A DNA stretch of 64,000 nucleotides from Macrostomum hystrix (taxonomy: Eukaryota; Animalia; Platyhelminthes), in the NCBI GenBank assembly GCA_950097015.1, contig CATNEN010000029.1:2232001-2296000 (forward strand), given 5' to 3'. The notes beneath the pieces are model-generated. The model was not told the origin of the DNA and made no database searches. It was given only the letters and a program-made list of their open reading frames with translations. The position numbers and the translations under genes were made by a program. Of this stretch, positions 24,372-36,769 are shown one piece after another. The stretch's first letter is position 1. Each line of letters opens with the position of its first letter.

Positions 24372-25342
24372 CTGAAGCATCACTTGCATGTGAACACGGG
24401 GATCTTATGTGAAACTCTATGAAGGGGTGTAGTTATCATTGAAGAACGTTTAATACAAAATGCCCTCTATTTGGTATAGTACAAAGATAATAAGAAAGCC
24501 CTTGTTGGGACTCGATAAGTGCATTGCCTGTGGGAAATGCGGAGAAGCTATGTATTAGCACGCTACGTCTGAGGCACCAAAAAGTTTAGAGGAAATAACT
24601 TTTAATTTTATCTACGTGCCTCAGTTTCTTATCATAATATTTTGTTTGCTTTTTTTCTACTTGAAAGACTGCTTACTGTATTTGGACAAATTTAATAAAT
24701 AATAAATCACAAACTACTTTAATGCCAGTTTTTTTATATTCGCTTTTCAAAAGTACAAGCTTCTGAGCAGAAAAACATAAAATTTTGATTTATTGTTAAT
24801 TGACGTCGCCGACTTGTCCGATTGGATGCCGATCTGATTTTAGATTTCTCTTTGCTTCGTTGGCTTAGCCTTTGGCTATTAATAGTTTGAAATGATTTTA
24901 GCAGTCTAAAAGCCACGATTGCTCAGTAGAAGATTTATTGGTAAAAATCTGAAACCCGACCTGACATCTGTGATTTCTTTGTCTGTTTGCTCAGCTCGGT
25001 CAGTGTTTGGGTCTGGGAGCACAAAAAACTATTTGATGAGGCCTCTAACTTCTGAGTCCATAAGCCCCTTATAAGTTATAACATTGGCTCTTTAGCACGC
25101 TCTTTTGGTTCTCGAGTTTCTTAATAATTCCTTGTTTAATCCCGATTATAAGGTACCGCTTTTGAAAATAAGTTACGTAACATGATCTAAAGTGTGCTGA
25201 AGTACTAAGTACAAGTACTTACATCCGCGTAGAAGTCCAGTGCCAATTTTTCGATTCAAAACATCTGAACTTTACTCAATAAACAAACTTCGCACGCTAC
25301 ACATGCTAAATCGAAATATTTTGTCTTTCTCTCTCCCTATAC

Positions 25343-25615
25343 TCCTCGCTGATTGGCTGGGTCAAGTTGACCAATTTTTCTACCCCGCCTCCTCGCTGAT
25401 TGGCTGGGTCAAGTTGACCAATTTTTCTACCCCGCCTCCTCGCTGATTGGCTGGGTCAAGTTGACCAATTTTTCTACCCCGCCTCTCCGCCGATTGTCTG
25501 GGTCAAGTCGACCAACTTTTCTATCCCACCTCCTCGCTGATTGGCTGGGTCAAGTCGACCACCTTCCTTCCCCTCCTCCGCGCTTATGGCTTGTGTCAAG
25601 TCGACCGAATTCTTT
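25343..25615. repeat. 47-bp tandem repeat (3 perfect and about 3 decayed copies) containing CCAAT boxes, a GGTCAnnnTGACC palindrome and a GC box
   Basis: Unit cctcgctgattggctgggtcaagttgaccaatttttctaccccgcct. Confidence 0.9.
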
Positions 25616-26504
25616 CCAAATTCCTGCCACTGACCGACCTTTAAAGTCATTAACTTCAAGTCCAACCCAATTTTAATCGGTTTAAGGGTTTAAAACTAAT
25701 TTCAATATTTGTTTATTCATCGTCTCAATATATGTCAAATCGCTATTTAAAAGAAGGTCTTATCATGAAAAAGTACTTAGTCAAGATTTCTGGATATTTT
25801 CCGAAAAAATGCATCACAGAAATAACATGAAGTTTTTGCTAAAAAATACGAATTGTATGTATAAAAGTGCACAAACTTTTATTAGACACAAAACACAAAA
25901 GACGTATAGGTATTGAGATAAGAGTCACAAATAATGCTCAAACTGTAATTACAATCAGAGCAAGTCTAAGTCTATGACAGATTTATAGTTAGATATCTCA
26001 CGGTGCTTCAATCTAATCCAAGCAATGTAAGAATAATAAACATAAGAAATTTTGTTTGTGTGCAAATTATAAGCTATTTGATTTTACGTTGAAAAGTTTA
26101 TAGGCAATCCGTTTTAATGTAAGATAAATCATAGTGTTTATTGTTAAGCAAATTGTCGCTAAGCAGCATTAGGAAAGGACACAAAAGTCTAGACTGTACT
26201 TTAAGAGCTAGCTGTGCAACAGATTAGCAAAAAAATTAAGACAATTTTACTTAGCAAAAGTTCGCGCATTCAAAGAGTCTACTTCTGTATGAACAAAATA
26301 TTTGACAATAAAATAGCATATATTGTTTCACAAAAATTGCTGTGGCATCAAAATAAGTTGCGAGAAAATTCTTTATGAAATTCATAATTAGCTTGTATCT
26401 TCAGGTACACACTGATATATAGCTTTCATTACAGTCATTAAAGTTTTCATAGCCAGAATTTTCGTGCTCTTAAAACATTTACCTTATTTTTTAACAGTAG
26501 CGAT

Positions 26505-27230
26505 GTTGCAGCTGATGCCCTGAAGGGTTGGGGGAAGGTGACAGCTGATGCCCTGAATGATTGAGTGGAAGGTGACAGCTGATGCCTGAAGGGTTGGGGG
26601 GAAGGTGACAGCTGATGCCCTGAATGATTGAGTGGAAGGTGACAGCTGATGCCCTGAAGGGTTGGGGGAAGGTGACAGCTGATGCCCTGAATGATTGAGT
26701 GGAAGGTGACAGCTGATGCCCTGAAGGGTTGGGGGAAGGTGACAGCTGATGCCCTGAAGGGTTGGGGGAAGGTGACTGCTGATGCCCTGAAAGGTTGGGG
26801 GAAGGTGACAGCTGATGCCCTGAAGGGTTGGGGGAAGGTGACTGCTGATGCCCTGAAAGGTTGGGGGAAGGTGACAGCTGATGCCCTGAAGGGTTGGGGG
26901 AAGGTGTTAGCTGATGCCCTGAAGGGTTGGGGGAAGGTGACTGCTGATGCCCTGAAAGGTTGGGGGAAGGTGACAGCTGATGCCCTGAAGGGTTGGGGGA
27001 AGGTGACTGCTGATGCCCTGAAAGGTTGGGGGAAGGTGACAGCTGATGCCCTGAAGGGTTGGGGGAAGGTGTTAGCTGATGCCCTGAAGGGTTGGGGGAA
27101 GGTGACTGCTGATGCCCTGAAGGGTTGGGGGAAGGTGACAGCTGATGCCCTGAAGGGTTGGGGGAAGGTGTTAGCTGATAGTACAGCTGATGCCCTGAAG
27201 GACTACAGGATGGTAACAGCTGATGCCCTG
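26505..27230. repeat. 33-bp minisatellite (gctgatgccctgaagggttgggggaaggtgaca)
   Basis: Direct observation. Confidence 0.96.
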
Positions 27231-27770
27231 GAGGACTAGGGGGTGGTAGCAGCCAATGTCACCATCTGAAGGACTAGGGGGTGGTAGCAGCCAATGTCAC
27301 CACCTGAAGGACTAGGGGGTGGTAGCAGCCAATGTCACCATCTGAAGGACTAGGGGGTGGTAGCAGCCAATGTCACCACCTGAAGGACTAGGGGGTGGTA
27401 GCAGCCAATGTCACCACCTGAAGGACTAGGGGGTGGTAGCAGCCAATGTCACCATCTGAAGGACTAGGGGGTGGTAGCAGCCAATGTCACCATCTGAAGG
27501 ACTAGGGGGTGGTAGCAGCCAATGTCACCATCTGAAGGACTAGGGGGTGGTAGCAGCCAATGTCACCACCTGAAGGACTAGGGGGTGGTAGCAGCCAATG
27601 TCACCACCTGAAGGACTAGGGGGTGGTAGCAGCCAATGTCACCATCTGAAGGACTAGGGGGTGGTAGCAGCCAATGTCACCATCTGAAGGACTAGGGGGT
27701 GGTAGCAGCCAATGTCACCATCTGAAGGACTAGGGGGTGGTAGCAGCCAATGTCACCATCTGAAGGACAT
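27230..27770. repeat. 38-bp minisatellite (gaaggactagggggtggtagcagccaatgtcaccatct)
   Basis: About 14 units abutting the 33-bp array. Confidence 0.96.
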
Positions 27771-28404
27771 GTACTCAAAAAACTCTGGCGAGAAACAGGC
27801 TACTTCGGCAGAAAATCTGCGGAAAAAAACAATTTTTTATGGCGCTAGACGGTCGAAAATCGAGCAGGCAAACTATTTCGCAACGGTCGCATCTTCTACA
27901 GGAAAAAATGTCGCTGTTGAGTTTCTGCAGTTGGGCTCATTCAAATAAAATTGCCAAAATGTTGTCTATTGACATGAAACATTTTTATCAGACAGAGAAA
28001 TCATTTACGTATGTTCTAGCTATTGCAAAATTGTCTTAGAATTTTAAATGAAACAATGATTTAAACGTAAAATAGAAAACAAGGAAAACTTAGCTCAGTA
28101 ATTGAATGAGCTTGGGATAAGTACAGGTACAGATTGGATGAATCGGATGGATTAGCTGAGACGTGTAGATTAGACTTGGACTTTGTGTTTAATGATTCAA
28201 AATTATGATTGTGTGAGCCTATGGGGCCGAGGCTTTGAGAAGGGAGGTAGAACAGACACAGAGGGGACGCTGAGCAGACAGACATTGCCAGCGGAGGGCA
28301 CTGATATTCGACAAAGACGCTCGACCTTCCGAGCCTGCCGCGTCGCAGACTTATTAGCCGGAAGCAAGCCTCGGGTGAGTCAGGACAAAAATTGTCCTCG
28401 AGTG

Positions 28405-31400
28405 TCACACAAACTCGCCCGGATCATCGTCAACTGAGTTGAGCGGCTGCGTCTGCGGATGCGCGTTCCCGCCGCCGCTGCCGATGCCGATTCCGCCGCC
28501 ACCGCCACCGCCACCGACGCCGCCGCCTTTCCGCTTCGGTAGGAGGCCGCCGCTGATGCCGGCGCCGGCTTTTTTCTCTGCAATCTCCAACTGCCTGCCG
28601 GCCGAGTCATTGTGCCGCATCGGCCGGCTTTTGAACATCAGCCAGAGTGCCTCCGTCACTTCGGAGGCGACTAGCTCGCCGGCATTCTGTGAGATCAGCC
28701 GAATGATGAAGACGCCGTCGGGTCGAAGGTAGTCGTCGACGAATTGAAAGCTGCGCTTCTTATCGCCCGGGTCGATGGCGCTGCGGAGTTTGAGAAACTT
28801 GCGCACAAAGTGCATCCGGTTTGAGCGGAATGTCGACTTGTAGATCCAAAAGATGAAGCTGCTGATTGACAGCACCGAGACCAGGATCATCCAGAACCAC
28901 AGGAAGATGTAGATCTTCTCGTTAAACATGTTGATGGGCAGGACGCACTGCACAGTGTGGCGATGCATATTGGCGCCCATCTTGCGGATGTGGAAGTCGC
29001 ACATTGTTATCCTGGGGAAATTGCCGCTCTCCTCCCACTGCCGGCCCTCCGCCAGGTCACGCAGCAGCTCGAGGCCGTAGAATGTATAGTTAGTGCCCAG
29101 GTACTTGTTCATGAGGAAGAACTGCCCGATGACATTCGTGATGTAGAGCACTTTGCAGATGAGGTAGAGGCAGACTAGGAAATTTCCGTAGCGCTTGCCG
29201 AACCAGAAGAAGCAGCAGTTCCTGGCGATGCAGTGCTTGCAGTTCGTCAGGCAGCCGGCGCGGTACTCCCGCTGAGCCCCTAGCGAGTCCTCGATGTGCT
29301 TGGCCACGTAGCGCACGCTGGTCTGACGGCTCAGCGGGTCCTTGATCATCTCGACGTCGCCGGCGACCTCCATGATGTTCGATAGCTGCGGTGGACGGTA
29401 ATTGGTAGACTGGGCTGCTATGGGCATTTTTAGCATTGCACATGAAACTGTTTGTAAGACTGCAAACAAATTCGTTGAAATAATGTTACTCATGGGCTGT
29501 TAAAAAGGTTGCTTACAGACTGCTAAAGAGGATTGCTTACAGACTGCTGAAGAGGATTGCTTACAGACTGCTGAAGAAGATTGCTTACAGACTGCTGAAG
29601 AGGATTGCTTACAGACTGCTGAAGAAGATTGCTTACAGACTGCTGAAGAAGATTGCTTGCAGACTGCTGAAGAAGATTGCTTACAGACTGCTGAAGAGGA
29701 TTGCTTACAGACTGCTGAAGAGGATTGCTTACAGACTGCTGAAGAAGATTGCTTACAGACTGCTGAAGAGGATTGCTTGCAGACTGCTGAAGAGGATTGC
29801 TTACAGACTGCTGAAGAGGATTGCTTACAGACTGCTGAAGAGGATTGCTTACAGACTGCTGAAGAGGATTGCTTGCAGACTGCTGAAGAGGATTGCTTAC
29901 AGACTGCTGAAGAGGATTGCTTGCAGACTGCTGAAGAGGATTGCTTACAGACTGCTGAAGAGGATTGCTTACAGACTGCTGAAGAAGATTGCTTACAGAC
30001 TGCTGAAGAAGATTGCTTACAGACTGCTGAAGAAGATTGCTTACAGACTGCTGAAGAGGATTGCTTACAGACTGCTGAAGAAGATTGCTTACAGACTGCT
30101 AAAGAGGATTGCTTACAGACTGCTGAAGAGGATTACTTACAGACTGCTGAAGAAGATTGCTTACAGACTGCTGAAGAAGATTGCTTACAGACTGCTGAAG
30201 AAGATTGCTTACAGACTGCTGAAGAGGATTGCTTACAGACTGCTGAAGAGGATTACTTACAGACTGCTGAAGAAGATTGCTTACAGACTGCTGAAGAAGA
30301 TTGCTTACAGACTGCTGAAGAAGATTGCTTACAGACTGCTGAAGAGGATTGCTTACAGACTGCTGAAGAGGATTGCTTGCAGACTGCTGAAGAGGATTGC
30401 TTACAGACTGCTGAAGAAGATTGCTTACAGACTGCTGAAGAGGATTGCTTACAGACTGCTGAAGAGGATTGCTTACAGACTGCTGAAGAAGATTGCTTAC
30501 AGACTGCTGAAGAGGATTGCTTACAGACTGATGAAGAGGATTGCTTACAGACTGCTAAAGAGGATTGCTTACAGAATGCGTGAAGAAGATTCAAAGGAAG
30601 GTTATTTTAAGGCAGTTGCTGTTGACACATTCATCATGTGAGCGTTTCTGTAATTTTCAGAGTTTCTGTTAATGAAAAAAACTAGATTTGAGTGACAAGC
30701 ATCATCATTAAACAGGCAAGTCCAAGCTGACATTCAGCATTTAGAATCGGTTTTAATAGGGATTTTCTCTATTTGAAATCGCGTCCCAAATCAGAAGCAG
30801 AAGCGATCAATCAGTTCAGCACTCCGCCTACAATCTACAGTGCGTGTCATCAGCTAGCAGCGTGACTGTCAACAATGGCCAGTTACCCAGTCTAATGGCC
30901 CCTCATTGTCCTAGTCTTTGCAGCAGTACTGTCGCAGCTTATTGTGCTAATCCAACCAGACAAAATGCTATTATTCATTTTTATCCCATTGAATGTGATC
31001 ACGACTTCTTAGACTCACTGACTTTAATCCTATAAACAGTTGCTGAAATACGACAACTTTACTGAAGTTTTTTTAAGTGTACCCGAAGGCTTTCGTTGTC
31101 AAATAATGCTCGGGTGACTCGCAAACTCTGATTGTATTTGAGTCGGGGTAGTGGGCAGCCATCGCAGGGCAATCAGGCAGATCAAACACTTGGGTGGTAG
31201 CGAACAAACTCTCGGAAGCATTCTTGTAATTAAGAGACCGCTTCCACTATCAAGAGCGGGGCAAAAAAACACAACGGTAGTAAGCTTTGGCCCACATTTC
31301 AATACAATGCTATTTTTTAATAGTAGAAAGACTCCGAGGTATTCAAATACCCACTGCCTCTTTTACGATAGCTCCAAAACTGAATGACCGACTTTCACGA

Positions 31401-32406
31401 AAGTCCAACAAACGGATCAACACTTTCCCCTCTCGTCGGGGTGTCAGGTGTCAAAAGCCACCAAAAAGGCATGATTTTTCGACTCAAAAAAGTTCATCAT
31501 GTTACCATGTCGACTATTACTGTTGCTAATAATACAATATTAATAATTGCAGGAGGTCTGTGGGCAGTGCCACATCGTTTGGTGACACTGGACCAGCAGC
31601 CAGCGAGGAGGCAGTTCTGCCCATTTCGCTGACTCCTGAGCACACACGCACACAGATACCGTTAGCAGGCACACGCTCACACAGGTGTGTACATCTGCCC
31701 TGACTCTCTCATCGTCATGCAGTGTTACACTCTCAATGTGTCTTGGAGGTTGGCCCTCAAGGGCGTAAACTGCACGAAGAGCCCCCAAGCTTTCTCTCCG
31801 CGGCTGCGCCACAAATGAATGTGGCCTCGCCGCGGAATCGAGCTCAGGGACCTTGGTGCGAGAGGCAAACGCGTTAACCACTCTGCCACTCAACCCCCAT
31901 CATTGTTGATTGTATTGCATTGATTATATATTTACTTTTTTAGTATCGAACCAACATGGATCCGCCCATGAGGTAACTAAAAGTTTTCCAAGACCCACCT
32001 GTATGCCGGACTGCCAGTTGAACAGGCGCCAGATCAGCCGCGGCAAGTTGAACAGGAATGCCTGAATGAGCAGCACCAGAGGTACCCACTGGTAGTAGCC
32101 AATGCTCTGCCTGTACCTGTCCGAGCTGGTCACAGGAAAGCTCACAGAGGAAGTGTCCAGATAGTAGGTACTGGTGACCCAGCACACATTCTCCGTGTAT
32201 TCTTCCTGCGCCCGGGTGAACTCCGTTGGCACCCAGCAGGCAATGGGTTTGCCAATGTACTGCCTGCAGGAGATCACTAATGAGAATGCCACAATAATGG
32301 CCGTGCTGAACATGTGCGACATCCTGTCGGCGAAGTCGTCATCCCGCCTGTGCCTGGCTGAGTCCAGGCGGAACTTAGACAGGCCGGAGACAAATGCTGT
32401 GTCCAT
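28405..32406 (-). CDS. inx: Innexin (gap junction protein); exons 32406-31999 and 29385-28405 (462 aa)
   Basis: DDDFADRMSH...CRQYIGKPIACWVP...YTENVCW...YYQWVP (innexin signature) and FPRITMCDF...QCVLPINMFNEKIYIFLWFW; donor CAG|GTGGGT, acceptor CCGCAG, phase 0. True start is the ATG at 32406; the track's start is a GTG. Confidence 0.97.
29507..30578. repeat. 24-bp minisatellite (gattgcttacagactgctgaagag), about 45 copies, innexin intron
   Basis: Direct observation; stop-free on + strand (QTAEEDCL pseudo-ORF). Confidence 0.97.
31528..31890 (-). mobile_element. SINE family 2, full length, in the innexin intron
   Basis: Minus strand head gtggcagagtggttaacgcg...ctcgattcc (tRNA-like A/B boxes), body shared with 47212 and 57385 copies, ATT-rich tail. 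Confidence 0.9.
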
Positions 32407-32484
32407 GGGCAGGGCGCCGCTCACATGCTCGAAGTTTCTGTGCGAGGTGGGGTTTTTAGGAAAGGTTATGAATTTGGGATACTG

Positions 32485-33565
32485 TCAAGAAGGGGAGGTT
32501 GTCAAGCAGGGCTGTTTGTCAAGCAGGGCTGTTTGTCAAGCAGGGCTGTTTGTCAAGCAGGGCTGGTTGTCAAAAAGTGGAGGTTGTCAAAAATTGGAAG
32601 CTGCCAAAAAGGGGAGGTCGTCAAAAAGGGGAGGTTGTCAAAAAGGGGAGGTCGTCAAAAAGGGGAGGTTGTCAAAAACGGGAGGTTGTCAAAAAGGGGA
32701 GGTTGTCAAACAGGTCTGTTTGTCAAGCAGGGCTGGTTGTCAAAAAGTGGAGGTTTTCAAAAAGGGCTGGTTGTCAAAAAGTAGAGGTTTTCAAAAAGGG
32801 CTGGTTGTCAAAAAGGACTGGTAGTCAAAAAGGGCTGGTTGTCAAAAAGGGCTGGTTGTCAAGAAGGGGAAGTTGCCAAAAAGGTGAGGTTTTCAAAAAG
32901 TGGAGGTTGTCAAAAAGTGGAGGTTGTCAAACGTGGAGGTTGTCAAACAGGTCTGTTTGTCAAGCAGGGCTGGTTGTCAAAAAGGGCTGGTTATCAAAAA
33001 GGGCTGGTTGTCAAAAAGGGCGGCTGGTTGTCAAAAAGGGCGGCTGGTTGTCAAAAAGGGCTGGTTGTCAAAAAGGACTTGTAGTCAAAAAGGGCTGGTT
33101 GTCAAAAAGGGCGGCTGGTTGTCAAAAAGGGCGGCTGGTTGTCAAAAAGGACTTGTAGTCAAAAAGGGCTGGTTGTCAAGAAGGGGAAGTTGCCAAAAAG
33201 GTGAGGTTTTCAAAAAGTGGAGGTTGTCAATTAGGGCTGGTTGTCAAAAAGTGGAAGCTGTCAAAAAGGGGAGGTTGTCAAAAAGGGGAGTTTGTCAAAA
33301 AGGGGAGGTTGTCAAAAAGGACTGGTAGTCAAAAAGGGCTGGTTGTCAAGAAGGGGAAGTTGCCAAAAAGGTGAGGTTTTCAAAAAGTGGAGGTTGTCAA
33401 TTAGGGCTGGTTGTCAAAAAGTGGAAGCTGTCAAAAAGGGGAGGTTGTCAAAAAGGGGAGTTTGTCAAAAAGGGGAGGTTGTCAAAAAAGGGAGGTTGTC
33501 AAAAAAGGGAGTTTGTCAAAAAGGGGAGGTTGTCAAAAATGGGAGTTTGCTAAAGATGGGCAATT
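32485..33565. repeat. Degenerate 14-17-bp minisatellite (aaaagggctggttgtc / aaaaggggaggttgtc) just upstream of the innexin coding exon
   Basis: Recurring ttgtcaa core with block duplications. Confidence 0.93.
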
Positions 33566-34543
33566 CGTCAAGATAGGAAGGCTATCTACTTGTGAGGTTT
33601 GAGAGTTTATAAAATAAGGAGGTTGTCACCTAAGCAACCAAGTAGGTTACTGGCTGGTAGCTCTCTCTCTCAGCGCAGCTCTCGCTACATGTCAGTTTAA
33701 GCTGCGCAATCAGAACTATTATGCGCCAGATCTGGATCAGCTAAGCTAAATAGAGACTCAAGACTTCCCCCAACTCATACCGATAAGGACGGTTGGTGCA
33801 GGCAGCGAAACACTGGGGAAGGGAATCACTGTTTAATTACAATTCATTCAGCGACCAAGCAGCGAGTGAGTATGGAAGTTGAGCACAGTAGAGTAATAGG
33901 ATTCGAGCGGCAGATAACCAGGTCGTCTCCTAGCCGCCGAACTGGGAAGCCGTCAAATAGAGACCAATTAAGAATTCTTACCTAGAGCGTCGTGATCTCT
34001 GCATGACTCTGAGCAGTCATAGCAGCCTCAGAAACCAGCTGCTCAAGCCATGCCCAGCCGAGGCTAATTGCTAGGAAACTGACAAGAAATCAGAGAGACA
34101 ATCTTAACTGCTTTTGTAGGCCTTCGGAAACTGATTTCCTTCTATTTTAATCCAGTTGGCTTGAGCGAAAGTCTACGAGGCCTTTTGGGCTTTTCTACTT
34201 CCCACCCCCGTGAAAGGACAAACTGCCCATTTTCATCTCAACAACTTTGACCCAATCACAGAGTTGCCAGGGAAGCTCGGGACGGAAGAATCCCAGTTTT
34301 CAGAAGGAAAGATAAAGTGTCCGATTGTCAGATTTAGTTCTTACAGAGTCCCTCCTATTTGCCCACATCTCACTACAACTTTCCCAATGGCTCTGCCCGG
34401 AGGGGCTGAAAATCGTGAGCAATTCTCTGATTTATTTAGGTTGCAACCGGCTCGAGTTCTTTCTGAGTTCGAAAGTCACTGGGGACTTCAGGAGAGCGAA
34501 TGGAATGGCTTCTTCAGATGGCGGCTGATGCACTCGATGACTG

Positions 34544-34675
34544 GGGATGACAACAGACTCAATGACTGGGTATGACAACAGACTCAATGACTGGGTATGA
34601 CAACAGACTCAATGACTGGGGATGACAACACACTCAATGACTGGGGATGACAACAGACTCAATGACTGGGATGAG
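34544..34675. repeat. 25-bp tandem repeat (gatgacaacagactcaatgactggg), about 5 copies
   Basis: Direct observation. Confidence 0.92.
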
Positions 34676-36769
34676 GTTCTAGAGTCTGTTGGCTTTATAC
34701 TGCGGTCACGCCGCTTGTAGCAGGCAATTTCAGGCAAGAGTTACTTGAAATAAAAGACTTTCAAGTTAATCGGCTTTCATCATTAGCTTGATTGCGTCTG
34801 CCATTTTCAACATAGAATCAGCAAAAGTACAAAGAATTCGCAAGCAGACTCGATAAACACATTTAAGTCGGTGATTTTTTTGCCAAAAAGGCACACTGGA
34901 AGGGTATTGCCATAGGTTGAACCAGAGACAAACCTGGCAAATCGGAGCTTTTAAGGAAAATTACGAATGAGGATTTACCCCCGAGAGGATTTAAATTTTC
35001 TTAATCTTCTTTCGCCGAGTTGCCTTCTTTCACACCTAAGTCTTTGAAGCTGAATCGCGTCATACCGATTGACTAGAGATGGGAGAAAAATCCCTACCGT
35101 CTGTGGGGCAGTTGAATGGGGGTGGTTAGTAAGGAAGGAAAATTGGAAGACAGCCAAATCGCGGGTTGGAGCTGAGAGATGCGAATGAAGGGAAAATCAG
35201 TTTGCTCGGAGACTGCTTCTATAGCAGTTCAATAATGACGCCAGCACACACGCACACACACACACACAACTTTACCAAATCAATAAGGAGGATGAAGACT
35301 TGGCTACCGAGGGCCTCGAGGGGGGCGCTGGGTTGGGGAGGTAGCTCCTCCTCCCTTGTCCTCCAGCAATTCAAGAGTGTCAGAGCGACTATGGGAGATA
35401 AGCGTAGGGCTAACCCTTAGGCTATAGCTGACCCCCAAATTCTGACCAGTCTGCACCCCAGCCCAATCACTGCCTATCTAACCGCTGAGCACAGTTGAGC
35501 ACTGATTGAGAGGTGCATTGTTGGGGAGTGGGTGGTCAGCTGGGCCAAATAAATACTCCGAACTATCCACATTGCGATGGCCAGAAGAAAAAATGCGGCG
35601 AGTTATCCGGGTAGTAAACGTTCTAGCTGCATGCATTTAGACTTTTTTTCTATAAAAGAGAGACATACTAATGCTACTACTTTGCTGATTGTTACTTCCA
35701 GTAGTATGACATTTGAAAGCGAGAGAGAAAAAATGGAAGCCAAACGACAAGCGGGAACTCATTTGGGGGGGGGGTGGGGGCGCTAGTTCACCTCACTGAG
35801 CTCGGGCTAAACTGCTTCTACTTTAGCAAGTCATGGGGCCGGACTGCAGCCCACACCACTTAGGAAGATGAAGCTGAGAAGGCAGTAATGCAGCCTCATT
35901 CAAGCAAGAGAAGAAGTAGAATAGACCATTGCTTCTCGCTCTGCTGCTAGAGGAAGCGGATATCGGGAGTGTCGCTTGTCGATTGCCTTGATGATCAGCT
36001 CAGGATGTGTACAGCCAGAAGTGGACAGCGTTATGCGTTTCCTTTCCATAAGAAAGATAATTGCTGGGCTATCTATTCACCGAGATACGCACCTATTCAT
36101 TCGGCTGCTAAGGCGCTGGGCCCTAGGCTACAGTTTCAGAGGCTTAGGAAGATGCAGGGCGCAATCTAGGATGCATTGATGATCTGATTTCGAAGCATTG
36201 ATTTCACATCACCAGGTCGGCCTGCGTTGTCCGTAATCTGCCACAGCAAGTGGAATTTTGAACTCTGACGAGGCGTTGTTTGTTCGATAGAGACAGAGCC
36301 CAGTAGGCATTGACAGCGATGTCAACGTGCGTTGGGCCCTCAGGCCGTCAGACGGGAAACAGAGTTGTATAAGAGTATAGAAGTGTGATGACTCCCAGGC
36401 TTTGCGCGTGCGTGTGTGTCAGTAGGCTGATCGATGGCAAGAGTCGCTTGCTTAGCTATTCACAACAACGAACCCACACTGAGAAGGCTGAGAACTGACC
36501 GCTAACGCATCACTGAGTTCAACAAGCGACCTACGGGAAGAGAAGGGGCGGCCAACAGAATGAATAGAATTCTAGCGAGTGAGAATTAGCCGGGATTTTC
36601 TTAACGGCAGACCAACGAAAACTGACTGCAAATAGTCTCAACTTCCTAGGGTAGCTGGAGAACTATTTTTATTGAACTCTCGTAGTGCATCTGTGTGAGT
36701 AAATAATAGAATCACATGCACAAAGCCATTACCGAGGTAAAAGTTTGATGAAACCATGGATGACAAAAC

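Noticed and set aside
29386-29493. N-terminal extension MSNIISTNLF... of ORF 28405-29493
   Set aside because: Intron read-through; the CCGCAG acceptor at 29386 gives the phase-0 join to exon 1.
29657-30583. 308-aa (QTAEEDCL)n ORF
   Set aside because: 24-bp unit that happens to lack stops, starts at TTG, and lies antisense within the innexin intron.
5456-32406. Functional neural cluster (Gag, synaptogyrin, innexin)
   Set aside because: Co-location only; no evidence of co-regulation in the sequence.
32407-32424. Innexin N-terminus MSGALP from the ORF track
   Set aside because: That start is GTG; the first in-frame ATG is 32406.
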